Positions 28,543 through 38,700 of a DNA stretch of 64,000 nucleotides are shown here, in pieces (the stretch's first letter is position 1; each line of letters starts with the position of its first letter). The notes under the pieces are model-generated. The model was not told the origin of the DNA and made no database searches. It worked only from the letters and a program-made list of their open reading frames with translations. The translations under genes and the position numbers were made by a program. Source of the DNA: an archaeon. GTDB lineage: Archaea > SpSt-1190 > DYHY01. The stretch lies in the NCBI GenBank assembly GCA_037442745.1, contig JBBIPP010000003.1:38692-102691 (forward strand). The letters are read 5' to 3'.

Positions 28543-29283
28543 TTATTTATAAGTCCATTTTCCGGGAAGAACGCATCCGGACAAGAGCCCTTCCCGCGTC
28601 AATTCGGGAAAAACATCAAGCTCAAGGCTTTTTGCCGAGTCGGGTATTTTCGAGAAAATCTCCTGCGTGAACGCGAATATTCCGACGCTAATGAGGTGGC
28701 TCTCTGCTTCCCTCGGCTTTTCGTTGAATGAGGTTACTTTCCTTCCGGAAAGGCCGACAACCCCAAACCTGGTTGGTTTGTCAACAGTTGTAAGCGCGGC
28801 GGTTCCGAGGGAATTCGTGTTAGTGTGGAAATCTATGAATTCCCCGAGGTCGAACTCGAAGAAATTGTCGCCATATATCAGGAGAAAGTCCCCGTCAATC
28901 TTGCCTTTGAGTTTCTTCAGGGCAGATGCTGTGCCGTTCCTATCCTTTTGCTCAACATATTTTATATCAATTCCCGAAACTCCGGAAAGCGCTTCTTTTA
29001 TCCTAAAACTAAGCTCTGTCAGTGTGCAAATTGTCGCTTTAGTTACCCCCTTTTTCCGGAGGAAAGCCATTATGTTTGTTATTGTCTGGCGACCGCCAAC
29101 ATCTTCAAGCGGTTTTTCGTCCCCGATAAGTATTACTGCGGGAAAAGTCTCTGAAATTAGGTATTTCTCGAGAAGAGTCTCGATTGTCCTAGACCTGTTG
29201 GACTCCCTTTTCCCTGCCCCTGAGAGGGCGTCAACCCGCTTTATCAGTTCCTCCTTCAGGGTTATTGATATGCGCTTTCTCAT
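28543..29283 (-). CDS. RHH (CopG-like) DNA-binding domain fused to a degenerate nucleotidyltransferase domain
   Basis: N-terminal RKRISITL..ELIKRVD..NRSRTIETLL; C-terminal KPL..V, GTA, YGD, FGVV and FNEKP; GGxGxR loop missing. Confidence 0.8.
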   Translation of the reverse strand: MRKRISITLKEELIKRVDALSGAGKRESNRSRTIETLLEKYLISETFPAVILIGDEKPLEDVGGRQTITNIMAFLRKKGVTKATICTLTELSFRIKEALSGVSGIDIKYVEQKDRNGTASALKKLKGKIDGDFLLIYGDNFFEFDLGEFIDFHTNTNSLGTAALTTVDKPTRFGVVGLSGRKVTSFNEKPREAESHLISVGIFAFTQEIFSKIPDSAKSLELDVFPELTREGLLSGCVLPGKWTYK

Positions 29284-29338
29284 TGGGCGGGGAAATACCA
29301 AAGTTTTTTATTTATAAAAGCAGTCTAAAAACTTCCAA

Positions 29339-30436
29339 ATGAAGGCTATTGTTCTTGCGGGGGGGAAAGGGGAAGATCTCTACCCTCTGACTCTCACGCG
29401 ACCCAAGGCGCTCGCGACAATACTGAACCAGCCGATAATTGAGAGAATAATTGACAACATGCCCAAGGAAATTGACAAGATTTTCATTGCAACCGACCAC
29501 ATGGCAGGGGAGATCAAAGCGCTTTTTTCCTCAAAAGAGATGAAGCGAAAAATGGGCAGGAGAAAAATATGTGTTGTTGAGGAGGATAGGCCACTTGGGA
29601 CTGCCGGGTCAATAAAGCGTTTTGAAAAGGAGATAACCGAGACGTTTCTTGTTGTCCAAAGCGATGTTGTCTCTTCAGTCGACTATTTCAAGATGATTGA
29701 TTTCCATAGGGAGAGCGGGTCAATTGCGACAATGTCTTCATTCAAGGTGAAAAACCCGATCGATTACGGGATTCTCGGGGTAAATGAGGAAGGGCGCGTA
29801 ATGAAATTTCTCGAAAAGCCGAAAATTGACCAGGTCTTCTCGACAGTTATCAATGCGGGGGCGTATGTTTTCGAAAAATCCATTTTCGAGGAAATCCCGG
29901 CGCATGGGGTGTGCGATTTTTCGGGAGACGTCTTTCCCCGGCTTATACGAAAAGGGGGGATTGTCTCCGCATTCGAATTCAAGGGTTTGTGGATTGACAT
30001 AGGCTCGTTCAACAACTATCTTGATGCCCACAAAAACCTTCTTGAGCGGTCAATGACTTTTTCAATTTCGAGCAAATCTTCTGCTAGTACAGTTCCCCCT
30101 GTTCTCATAGGCTCCGGTGGAAAAATCGGCGCATGCACTCTTGGTCCGGGAGTCTCTATAGGGAACAATGTGAAAATTGGCAAAGGTGCGAAAATCTCGA
30201 ATTCAGTCATCTATGACGGGGTCTCGATTGGGGATGGCTGCCTAGTAAAGGAGAGCGTTCTTGGGAAAGGGGTTGTCCTTGGGAAGAATGTTGTTGCAGT
30301 GAACACCCTGATTGGGGATGGCGCAAAAGTGAAGGACAAAATAAAGATAGGCGCCCAGAGCAAAATTTGGCCGAAAACGAAGGTATCAAAGGATGTTCCT
30401 GAAAAGGAATGGTTCGGTTTCCTCAAGGAAGATTAG
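29339..30436 (+). CDS. Mannose-1-phosphate guanylyltransferase-like protein with LbH domain
   Basis: MKAIVLAGGKG..LYPLT..RPK, PLGTAG, YG, FLEKP, INAG, WIDIG and hexapeptide repeats. Confidence 0.88.
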   Translation: MKAIVLAGGKGEDLYPLTLTRPKALATILNQPIIERIIDNMPKEIDKIFIATDHMAGEIKALFSSKEMKRKMGRRKICVVEEDRPLGTAGSIKRFEKEITETFLVVQSDVVSSVDYFKMIDFHRESGSIATMSSFKVKNPIDYGILGVNEEGRVMKFLEKPKIDQVFSTVINAGAYVFEKSIFEEIPAHGVCDFSGDVFPRLIRKGGIVSAFEFKGLWIDIGSFNNYLDAHKNLLERSMTFSISSKSSASTVPPVLIGSGGKIGACTLGPGVSIGNNVKIGKGAKISNSVIYDGVSIGDGCLVKESVLGKGVVLGKNVVAVNTLIGDGAKVKDKIKIGAQSKIWPKTKVSKDVPEKEWFGFLKED

Positions 30437-31835
30437 TTCTGTTCAGTTTGGCTTGAATTTGGCTTGTTATTTCCTCGTCAACCCTTTTGCAGAAATTCTG
30501 TAGAGATACTTTCGGAATTGATGCACCTGCCGCAATGTCGTGGCCCCCTCCAAGGCCCCCGAACTCTCCGGAGACTTTTCTCATTATTTTCGAGAGCTCC
30601 AATCCGTCCTTCACAAGCTTTCTTGTCCCCCTTGCGGAAATTTTGTATTCGTTCTCCCCTTGGGAGCTTGCCACGAGGAAAACCCGCTCGGAATCAACCA
30701 GCCTTGAACTTAGGGCAATTCCCGCGACAATTCCTATTATTGTCGGCTTGATTTCGTCCAACTGCAAGAGCTGGACTGTTTTCCCAATTGGCTCAGTTCC
30801 CTTTGAAAGCAGAAGTTCCAATGCCTTGCTGAGGTTTTCCCTATGGAGAGCCAACAGTTCCCTTGTTTTGGCAAATGCGCTTCCCCTCTCTCCCTGGCAG
30901 ACTTTGATTCCCAAAAGAGCCTCTTCATTCCGTCCGCATGCGTTTAGGAGAGTTGAGAACTCCGTCGCATCTCGGAGCTCGGTTCCCTTGGGCTCGTTCG
31001 GGAAAACATAGTATTCGGAGATAATTCTTTTCAGCTCCCAGGGAAGGAGCCCTGCCTGTATTCCATATTGGTAGAGCCCGGTAATTAGGGCAGTTTTTCC
31101 TTCGGGAGAAAGCTCTGAGTATGTCAGTTCGTTTGGAATGCCAAGTTTCTCGAGAAATTTTACGGCTCCCTGCGGATTTCCGGATAGCCCCTTGAAGAAA
31201 GGGTCAGTTGCAGTTGAGAGGAGGTCTGGGAGCTTTCTGGTCTCCCTTCCGAAGAAAGACACTCCTTTCTCCGCTCTGACAGTTCCCAGTTTCTCCCCGA
31301 TTTCGAGTATTCTCCGGTTGAGGCCAATCAGGCCTTCTTGTCCTTGGACATCTCCGACTGCTCCGGTAATTGCCAAAGGGGCATTCTCCGGAATTTCTGA
31401 AATTTCCAGGGAAACTAGGAAAGCCAGTCCTGCGCCAGAAACTTCTTTCGACCCGGAAAACCCATGTTCAACTGCGTTCAAATGGACAATTCTTTCGGGC
31501 AAATCCGCTTTCTCCGGCTCGTGGTGGTCTATTATTACCGATTTTCCGGGCAAGTGTTCGGAAATAAGTGATATTTGTCCGCTTCCGAGATCCGTGAATA
31601 TTGTTTCCCTGTCTTTCGGAACAAGGAGAATTGTTTCCCTATCCAACTGCCTTATTGGAACTAAAAGGGGGTTTTTGCCTATTTTTTTCAAAGTTCGGTC
31701 AATTATTGCCCCTGCACACAGCCCGTCAGCGTCAATGTGCGTTACAATTGTCGGGGATTCAAAACTAGCTATTGTCAGAGCAGTTTCCCTGACTTTGTTC
31801 CAAAACAGCTCCGGATTTTCTTTGTTTTCAGGCAA
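30423..31835 (-). CDS. recJ: Archaeal RecJ/Cdc45-like DHH phosphoesterase
   Basis: HIDADG, TDLGSG, IDHH, SGAG, GAVGD, LLNACGR and GGGHDIAAGA. Confidence 0.9.
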   Translation of the reverse strand: MPENKENPELFWNKVRETALTIASFESPTIVTHIDADGLCAGAIIDRTLKKIGKNPLLVPIRQLDRETILLVPKDRETIFTDLGSGQISLISEHLPGKSVIIDHHEPEKADLPERIVHLNAVEHGFSGSKEVSGAGLAFLVSLEISEIPENAPLAITGAVGDVQGQEGLIGLNRRILEIGEKLGTVRAEKGVSFFGRETRKLPDLLSTATDPFFKGLSGNPQGAVKFLEKLGIPNELTYSELSPEGKTALITGLYQYGIQAGLLPWELKRIISEYYVFPNEPKGTELRDATEFSTLLNACGRNEEALLGIKVCQGERGSAFAKTRELLALHRENLSKALELLLSKGTEPIGKTVQLLQLDEIKPTIIGIVAGIALSSRLVDSERVFLVASSQGENEYKISARGTRKLVKDGLELSKIMRKVSGEFGGLGGGHDIAAGASIPKVSLQNFCKRVDEEITSQIQAKLNRTNLP

Positions 31836-31893
31836 ATTGGAAAATATGTCCAGTTGGTTCTATTTGTGGTTTTCTGGGAAATTCAGATTGGGT

Positions 31894-32640
31894 TCAGGAA
31901 GTTTTCCCGTCTCCGAGAACATAATAGATGCGCTCTGACAAGCCCCCCCAAGAGAACCCGCCATTAATTTTCTTCTTCTCAGCAATTTTGAAAATTCCTT
32001 CAGCAACCCCTTTTCCTAGATGATAATAAGTAAGCCGTAGGGAAAGCCTTCCGTATCTGCGGTTGTATTTTTTGTTAATTTCATATCCATAAATTGGTGT
32101 TTCTTCTCCTAGTAAAATTTCAGCAATATTGTCTCTTATTTTATGTCCAGTTTTAACTAGTTTTTTCATTTCTCTTGGAACTTTTCCTTCCTTGTCGAGA
32201 ATTCCTTGCCTTATGTTTGAGCTTGTCAGGGGGAGTTTGTTCTCCCCATAGGTCAAAGGAATTTCAATTCTCATCAAAGGCATTAATCCTGCTTCCTGCC
32301 GGAGAGAGTTCAGCTCGCCAATCTGATCCTTTCCGAACGAGTTTCCTTCTCCAGTTGCAATTAACTGAAGAGATTGATAGGATTCTATTGTTTTGTAATA
32401 ATTGTCGTTGATTGATATTATTTGAAATTCTATATTCCTTCCGGACAAGTAATTCTCGAGCTGGCGCATTCTCGTCTCAAATGTCTGGATCGCATTCCCT
32501 TCGGCAAAGTCAATGCAGACAAGGAGGTTTTTTGATAATGCAGTTAGTTTGTCAAGGAAGTCTCTCTGACCTTTGTGGAGAAAGTCAAAAGTTCCAAAAC
32601 AGGCAATTGTTGGATTCTTTTTTTCTCCGGAATTTTCGAT
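31894..32640 (-). CDS. Phosphopantetheine adenylyltransferase-like domain fused to a C-terminal winged helix; probable ATC start
   Basis: The frame stays open upstream of the track's ATG (32469) up to 32640 and encodes IACFGTFDFLHKGQ; R-EAGL-PL and TSSNIRQG follow; wHTH region YGYEI..YYHL..SWG..YYVLG. Confidence 0.7.
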   Translation of the reverse strand: MENSGEKKNPTIACFGTFDFLHKGQRDFLDKLTALSKNLLVCIDFAEGNAIQTFETRMRQLENYLSGRNIEFQIISINDNYYKTIESYQSLQLIATGEGNSFGKDQIGELNSLRQEAGLMPLMRIEIPLTYGENKLPLTSSNIRQGILDKEGKVPREMKKLVKTGHKIRDNIAEILLGEETPIYGYEINKKYNRRYGRLSLRLTYYHLGKGVAEGIFKIAEKKKINGGFSWGGLSERIYYVLGDGKTS

Positions 32641-32709
32641 TTATCCTCTCCCTCCTTCTCTTCTTTGGGAAAATGATTTTTCTGGGAGTCTTGCTATGTA
32701 TATATAATT

Positions 32710-32889
32710 TTCCATATGGAAATAATGGAAATAACAACAAAAGAATCCAACTTTCCATCCGAAATGTTGGAGAGAGTATCAAAAAATTCCAGTGGAAATG
32801 AAGGTTGTCCCAAAGAGAATCCAAAATCTTCCACAGGAAACAAAGGTCAAACAACAACAATAATTAAAAACCCTTTCTTCCAATGGAAA
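32710..32889. other. Probable replication origin with ORB elements
   Basis: TTCCAGTGGAAATGAAGG (32787), TTCCACAGGAAACAAAGG (32829), TTCCAATGGAAA (32878), TTCCATCCGAAATG (32753) and palindrome TTCCATATGGAA (32710); AT-rich; directly upstream of cdc6. Confidence 0.82.
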
Positions 32890-32919
32890 AATCCGAGAAC
32901 CGGAGTTGAAGAAATAATA

Positions 32920-34122
32920 ATGCAGAGCTCTTTGAGGGAAATGTTCAATGCATATCTCGACAGGCAATCCATTTTCCTCAACAAGAATGCATTGTCAGAT
33001 ACCTATCTTCCGGAAAACCTTGTCCACAGGGAAGGGGAGCAAAAACAGATTGCCGGAATTCTTCTCCCCGCTCTACGTGGGGAAAAGCCCTCGAACCTCT
33101 TCATTTACGGAAAAACCGGGACTGGGAAGACTCTGGGAACCCGGATTGTTTGCTTGGAACTGGAGAAATTCTCCATTGCCCGGAACCTGCCATTGAAGGT
33201 TGTTTATGTCAATGCCCAGATGAAGAAAGTTGCAGATACAGAATATCGGCTAATTTCGAATTTGGCAGGCCAGTATGGGGCAACTCTCCCGCCAACAGGG
33301 CTCCCTACTGAGAAAATCTATCGCGAATTCATCAAAGCAGTCGAGAATGAAAAGTCCCTTTCAATAATTGTAATTGACGAAATAGACACCGTTGTACAGA
33401 AATGCGGGAATGAATTCCTTTACAATTTGACAAGAATTAACAACGAATTGACAAAATCAAGGGTAAGTGTTATTGGGATAACAAATGACTTGAAGCTCCT
33501 CTCGAACATTGAGTCAAGAGTAAAGTCAAGCCTCTCGGAGGAAGAGCTTGTTTTCAAGCCATATAACGCAAACCAATTGAACGACATTCTTTCTACTCGG
33601 GCGGAAATTGCGTTCGCTCCCGGAGTAATTGACCAGTCAGTAATTCCCAAATGCTCCGCATATGCAGCAAAAGAGCACGGAGATGCAAGAAGAGCTCTCA
33701 ATTTATTGAGACTCGCTGGAGAGATTGCTGAACGGAGCGCTTCCCCAAGAATAGAAGCTGAACACGTTGACCTAGCGCTGGAAAAGCTTGATATTGACAC
33801 TGTTGTCGAATTTGTGAAAAGCCAGCCTCTCCAGTCAAAAGCTGTCCTATACAGCATAATTTCATTGGAAAACTCGAAACCAGACTATACTACCGGGGAT
33901 ATTTACGAGAAATACCGCTCAGTCTGCGAAATATTCAGGCAGAAATGCCTTACCCAAAGAAGAGTATCCGACCTGATAAATGAACTGACTAGCGTCGGAA
34001 TTCTTGCGGCACGCGTTGTTTCCAAGGGAAGATATGGGCGGAGCAAGGCAGTTGACTTGTTGGTAAAGGGCCCTGCTTTGGACAAAATAACGAAAGCAAT
34101 TTCCTCCGAAGTTGCCTATTGA
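32920..34122 (+). CDS. cdc6: Orc1/Cdc6 replication initiator
   Basis: YLPENLVHRE, Walker A GKTGTGKT, Walker B IVIDEID, HGDARRAL and wHTH GRYGR; ATG at 32920. Confidence 0.96.
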   Translation: MQSSLREMFNAYLDRQSIFLNKNALSDTYLPENLVHREGEQKQIAGILLPALRGEKPSNLFIYGKTGTGKTLGTRIVCLELEKFSIARNLPLKVVYVNAQMKKVADTEYRLISNLAGQYGATLPPTGLPTEKIYREFIKAVENEKSLSIIVIDEIDTVVQKCGNEFLYNLTRINNELTKSRVSVIGITNDLKLLSNIESRVKSSLSEEELVFKPYNANQLNDILSTRAEIAFAPGVIDQSVIPKCSAYAAKEHGDARRALNLLRLAGEIAERSASPRIEAEHVDLALEKLDIDTVVEFVKSQPLQSKAVLYSIISLENSKPDYTTGDIYEKYRSVCEIFRQKCLTQRRVSDLINELTSVGILAARVVSKGRYGRSKAVDLLVKGPALDKITKAISSEVAY

Positions 34123-34210
34123 ATAGGTTAGCCCCCCGGTCTCCCCAACCAGCCATCTCCTCTAACATACCCAAGAAATAAAAACAAAGGCCCAAGCAGT
34201 TCTTCCGGAA

Positions 34211-35701
34211 ATGGCGGAGGGGGGCGACTGGGGAAAAAAACAGGGAATAGAGTCCCTTGTTGTTTCTCTGCTCTCAAAAGGAATAATGATTGCCCCGGAC
34301 GCCCTCGATTTCCTGAAAATACATCCGGAAAAACTCGCTTCAATTGACCTTGATTCCCTAAATGGCGTGCTTTCTCTTGAGAACCTAAAGAACGCCAACT
34401 ACCCCATCCCGGAAGTGGAAGAGTTACCAACTCCCCGGGAGGACGAAGGAGCCCGGATTCTCTATGACTATGCCGAGAAATTCGATATGAAAGGGGAATT
34501 GTCCGATTTTACCAACCATTTCAACGACAGGTACAGGAACCTGTCCGAAATGCTGAAAACCCGGGCTGAACTGAAAAACCTCTCCTCAGTCAACCGGCTC
34601 TCGTCAATCAAGGAAAGGGAGGAGGTGTCAATAATAGGTATTGTTGATTCCAAAAGGGAGACAAGGTCCGGCCATTATATTGTGGAGGTCGAAGATCCGA
34701 CAGGAGTTGCGAAAATTCTCCTCTCGAAGAACAGCCAGACAATAAAGAAAGCTGACGAGATTGTTGAGGACGAGGTAATTGGAATAACCGGAACTGCCTC
34801 AAAAGAGCTTCTATTTGCGGAGGAGGTTATTTTTCCGGACATCCCCCAAATGGGCGCCTGGCCGGGAAAAGGCAAGAACGTTGCAGTAATGATTTCGGAT
34901 GTCCACATAGGTTCAAAGCAGTTCAGGCACGACTATTTCGACAACTTGGTCAACTGGCTGAACTCGAATAACGAGGTTGCGAGAAGAGTTAAATATCTCC
35001 TTGTCGCAGGCGACGTTGTCGACGGGGTTGGGGTTTACAAAGGCCAGCAAAAGGACCTTGCAATAACTGACATTGTCGGGCAGTATTCTGCGTTCGCCGA
35101 CCTCCTTGACCGGCTGAATAAAAATATAAGAATATTCGTTTCCCCCGGAAACCACGACGCTTCAAGGGATTCCGACCCCCAGCCGGCAATACCAAAGGAA
35201 TTCTCAGAAGCAATCTATTCCCTGAAAAATGTTTCAATGATATCCTCCCCGGCAGTTGTCCAGCTTGACCGAGTCAATTTCCTAATATATCACGGAACTG
35301 CCCTAGATAGCGTTATTGCCTCAATTCCTTCCCTCCGGAAAACCGGCTATGACAATCCCCACCAAGCAATGATCCAGCAGTTGAGGAAAAGGCACCTTAT
35401 CCCGAGCTATAACGACATGTCAAGAATGTTTCCCGACGCGACTGACGAGATGGTAATAAAGACACTTCCGAACGTTTTCCACTCAGGCCATGTCCACAAG
35501 CTCGGGTTTTCGGCTTACAGGGGAATTAAGGTAATAAATTCCGGGACATTCCAAGACAGGACCTCTTTTCAGGTCAAAGTCGGCCACCACCCCCAGCCCG
35601 GAAAAATCCCATATATTGAGCTCGGGACGGGAGCTGTGAATGTCCTTGATTTGACTAACGAGGGGGAAGGCGGGCCGACAATCAGGGAGGAGGTTTTCTA
35701 G
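34211..35701 (+). CDS. polB: DNA polymerase D small (exonuclease) subunit DP1
   Basis: OB-fold EDPTG; phosphoesterase motifs SDVHIGS, GDVVDG, PGNHD, YHG and GHVH. Confidence 0.95.
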   Translation: MAEGGDWGKKQGIESLVVSLLSKGIMIAPDALDFLKIHPEKLASIDLDSLNGVLSLENLKNANYPIPEVEELPTPREDEGARILYDYAEKFDMKGELSDFTNHFNDRYRNLSEMLKTRAELKNLSSVNRLSSIKEREEVSIIGIVDSKRETRSGHYIVEVEDPTGVAKILLSKNSQTIKKADEIVEDEVIGITGTASKELLFAEEVIFPDIPQMGAWPGKGKNVAVMISDVHIGSKQFRHDYFDNLVNWLNSNNEVARRVKYLLVAGDVVDGVGVYKGQQKDLAITDIVGQYSAFADLLDRLNKNIRIFVSPGNHDASRDSDPQPAIPKEFSEAIYSLKNVSMISSPAVVQLDRVNFLIYHGTALDSVIASIPSLRKTGYDNPHQAMIQQLRKRHLIPSYNDMSRMFPDATDEMVIKTLPNVFHSGHVHKLGFSAYRGIKVINSGTFQDRTSFQVKVGHHPQPGKIPYIELGTGAVNVLDLTNEGEGGPTIREEVF

Positions 35702-38700
35702 ATGGCTGATGAGATAAAACTCCCAGCATCCTCCAAAGGAATTAATTCCTATTTCAGGGCAATTGAGGAGGAAGTCAACAGGGAATATTCAATTGCGAAA
35801 AAGGCGAGGGAAGCCTGCCTTGACCCGACGAATAGAGTTGAAATTGCCCTGGCATCGGACGCGGCCGCCCGGGTAGAGGGGCTCTTGGCAACAATTTATC
35901 CGAGTTTCGAGAATTCAGGGCTTGCTGAGAGAATCCGGGAACTGGAGAAAAAATTCGGCAAGGGCTCGGAGAGAATATCTCTCCAGATTTCCCAGGACGT
36001 TTTCGAGGAGAGGTTCATAAAATTCCCGACAATTGAGGAAAGGATAGAGGCAGGAGTGAGGGTTGGAATGGGCCACTTGACTCTGGGAATAGTCACCGCT
36101 CCTTTGGAAGGGATTACCAAAGTGATAACGAAACCCTCCAGGAGCGGGGGGAAATATGTTTCAATATATTTTTCTGGGCCAATAAGATCGGCTGGAGGGA
36201 CTGCGGCTGCGTTCGCGGTTCTCATTGCCGACTTTTTGAGGAAAAAAGCTGGGTTCTCGGAATACGACCCTGACGAGAGCGAGCTTGAAAGATATGTGGC
36301 GGAAATCGACGACTATGACACCAGAATTGTCAATCTTCAATACAGAATCAAGGGGGACGAGGTCCGGTTCCTGGTGAGACATATTCCTGTCGAGATTTCC
36401 GGGGACCCGACTGAGGAGGACGAGGTAATTGCCTTCAAAGATTTGCCGAGAATTGAGACGAACAGGATCAGGGGAGGGATGTGCTTGGTTGTTTCCTCAA
36501 TTGGGCAGAAATCCACGAAACTTATCAAGAGAATCAAGAGCTATGGGGAGGAATTCAACCTGACAAACTGGCTCTTCCTCGAGGAATACGAGGTTCTGAA
36601 GAAAAAGCTCAACTCAGTCGATTCCGAAAAAGTCCAGGCGGAAAAAAAAGCGGACGGACCAGAACAGAAACTTGTCCCGAATTTCGCTTTCATGGAGGAC
36701 GTCCCGGGGGGAAGACCGATTTTTTCCTTTCCATCAACTCCCGGGGGCTTTCGCCTCCGTTATGGCAGGTCTAGGAACACAGGATTCTCGACTGATGGCA
36801 TCCATCCGGCAACAACCGCAGCCCTCTCAGACTTCATTGCAATAGGAACTCAGCTGAAAATAGAAAGACCGGGCAAGGGCTCTACCGCAGTCCCGGTCGA
36901 TTCAATAGAACCTCCGACAATTCTATTGACCTCCGGGGAAGTTGTCCGAGTCGAGGACCCGAAAGTTGTAAGAGAACTCCTGACATCCAAAAAAATCAAG
37001 GAAATCCTCTTTATCGGGGACATTCTTGTTTCCTATGGCGATTTTGTCTCTAACGGCCACAAGCTTGTTCCCGTCGGCTATACTGAGGAGGAGTGGATTG
37101 GAGAGCTCCGCAAGTCAATAGAATTGGGCGGATTCGTTCCTGAAACAGCTTCTCAGTTCATTGAAATCTCCACTTTGCGGTTCCTAGAAATCCTAGAAAG
37201 TCCCCGAAGCATTGCCTTCTCAGAGGCGGTCCAAATCGGAACGAAAATGAAGATCCCCCTCAATCCGAAATATATCTATTTCTATCACCGGGTTTCACCC
37301 GAGAACATCCGCTCCCTTGCCAAGGCAATAGCCGATTCAGGAAACAATCCCACTCTCAAAATAGAGAACAAACCAGAATTGAAAAGGCCCCTTGAATTGA
37401 TGTGCTTTCCCCACAAGCTAGGCCCAGACGGGCGGATAACAGCGTCTGAAGAGGATGGCCGGGCGCTAATTTTCACATTCGGCTTGGAATCGGACAGGGA
37501 CGCTATTTTCCAGGCTCCGGAAGAAGATGAGACTGCGCTTTCCCTGTTGAACAAGGTATCGAAGCTGAAAATCAAGGACAAGGGCGGGACATACATCGGG
37601 GCGCGAATGGGGAGGCCCGAAAAAGCCGAAAGAAGGCTTCTTGACGGACGCCCCCAAGTTCTTTTCCCAGTCGGCCAGGCAGGCGGAAGGTTGAGATCAG
37701 TCAACGAAGCAGCAAAAACAATTTACAATGCGCCCGTTGCATACAGGATCTGTTCAACCTGCGGGAAGAGGAACATTTTCCTCAAATGCGCCTGCGGAGG
37801 GGAGACAACCCAGAAGAGGGTTTGCGCAATTTGCCAGAAAATAACCGACGAACCCGTTCATTGCAATGTTCCGACCGGGTTTTCGACAATGGCTGACATT
37901 AGCCTTGAAAAGCATATCAAAACAGCCGAAGCCAAGCTAAATGAGAGGGTTCCTTCCCTAATCAAAGGAGTCAGGGGGCTTTCAAGCAAATACAAGATTC
38001 CCGAAAGAATTGAAAAAGGAGTTCTCAGGGCGAAAAACAATCTGTTCGTCAATAAGGACGGGACAATAAGGTTTGACTCTACAGACTTGCCACTGACACA
38101 TTTCAAGCCAAAAGAAATTGGGACAAAGGTAGAAACCCTCCTGAAGCTAGGATATGACAAGGATGTTGACGGAAAACCCCTTTCAAGCGATGATCAGATA
38201 TTGGAACTAAAGCCCCAAGACATAATTCTCTCGGACTTTGAGGACACTAAAAGGCAGATAATGAGCGGGGCGGACTATTTCGTCCGGATAGCTAACTATG
38301 TTGACGAGCTTTTGGTGAAATTCTACGGCCTTGAACCATATTACAACATATTGACAAAGGAGGATTTGGCCGGCCATTTGGTAATAGGCCTTGCCCCCCA
38401 CACCTCGGCAGGGATTGTCGGGAGATTAATCGGGTTTAACAAGGCAAGGGCTGGCTTTGCCCACCCAATGTTCCATGCAGCGAAAAGAAGGGACTGCGAT
38501 GGGGACGAGGATTCCGTCCTGTTGCTGATGGAAGCGCTCCTCGATTTCTCGCGGGAATTCCTTCCATCAACTAGAGGCTCCTCGACAATGGATGTTCCTC
38601 TGGTCTTGACAACAATCCTAGATCCGGCGGAGGTCGACGACCAAGTCCATGAGTTAGATATTGCGCGGGTTTACCCGACTGAACTATATGACAAATCCCG

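Noticed and set aside
32716-32919. 68-aa N-terminal extension of Cdc6
   Set aside because: The region consists of ORB boxes and promoter; homology begins at ATG 32920
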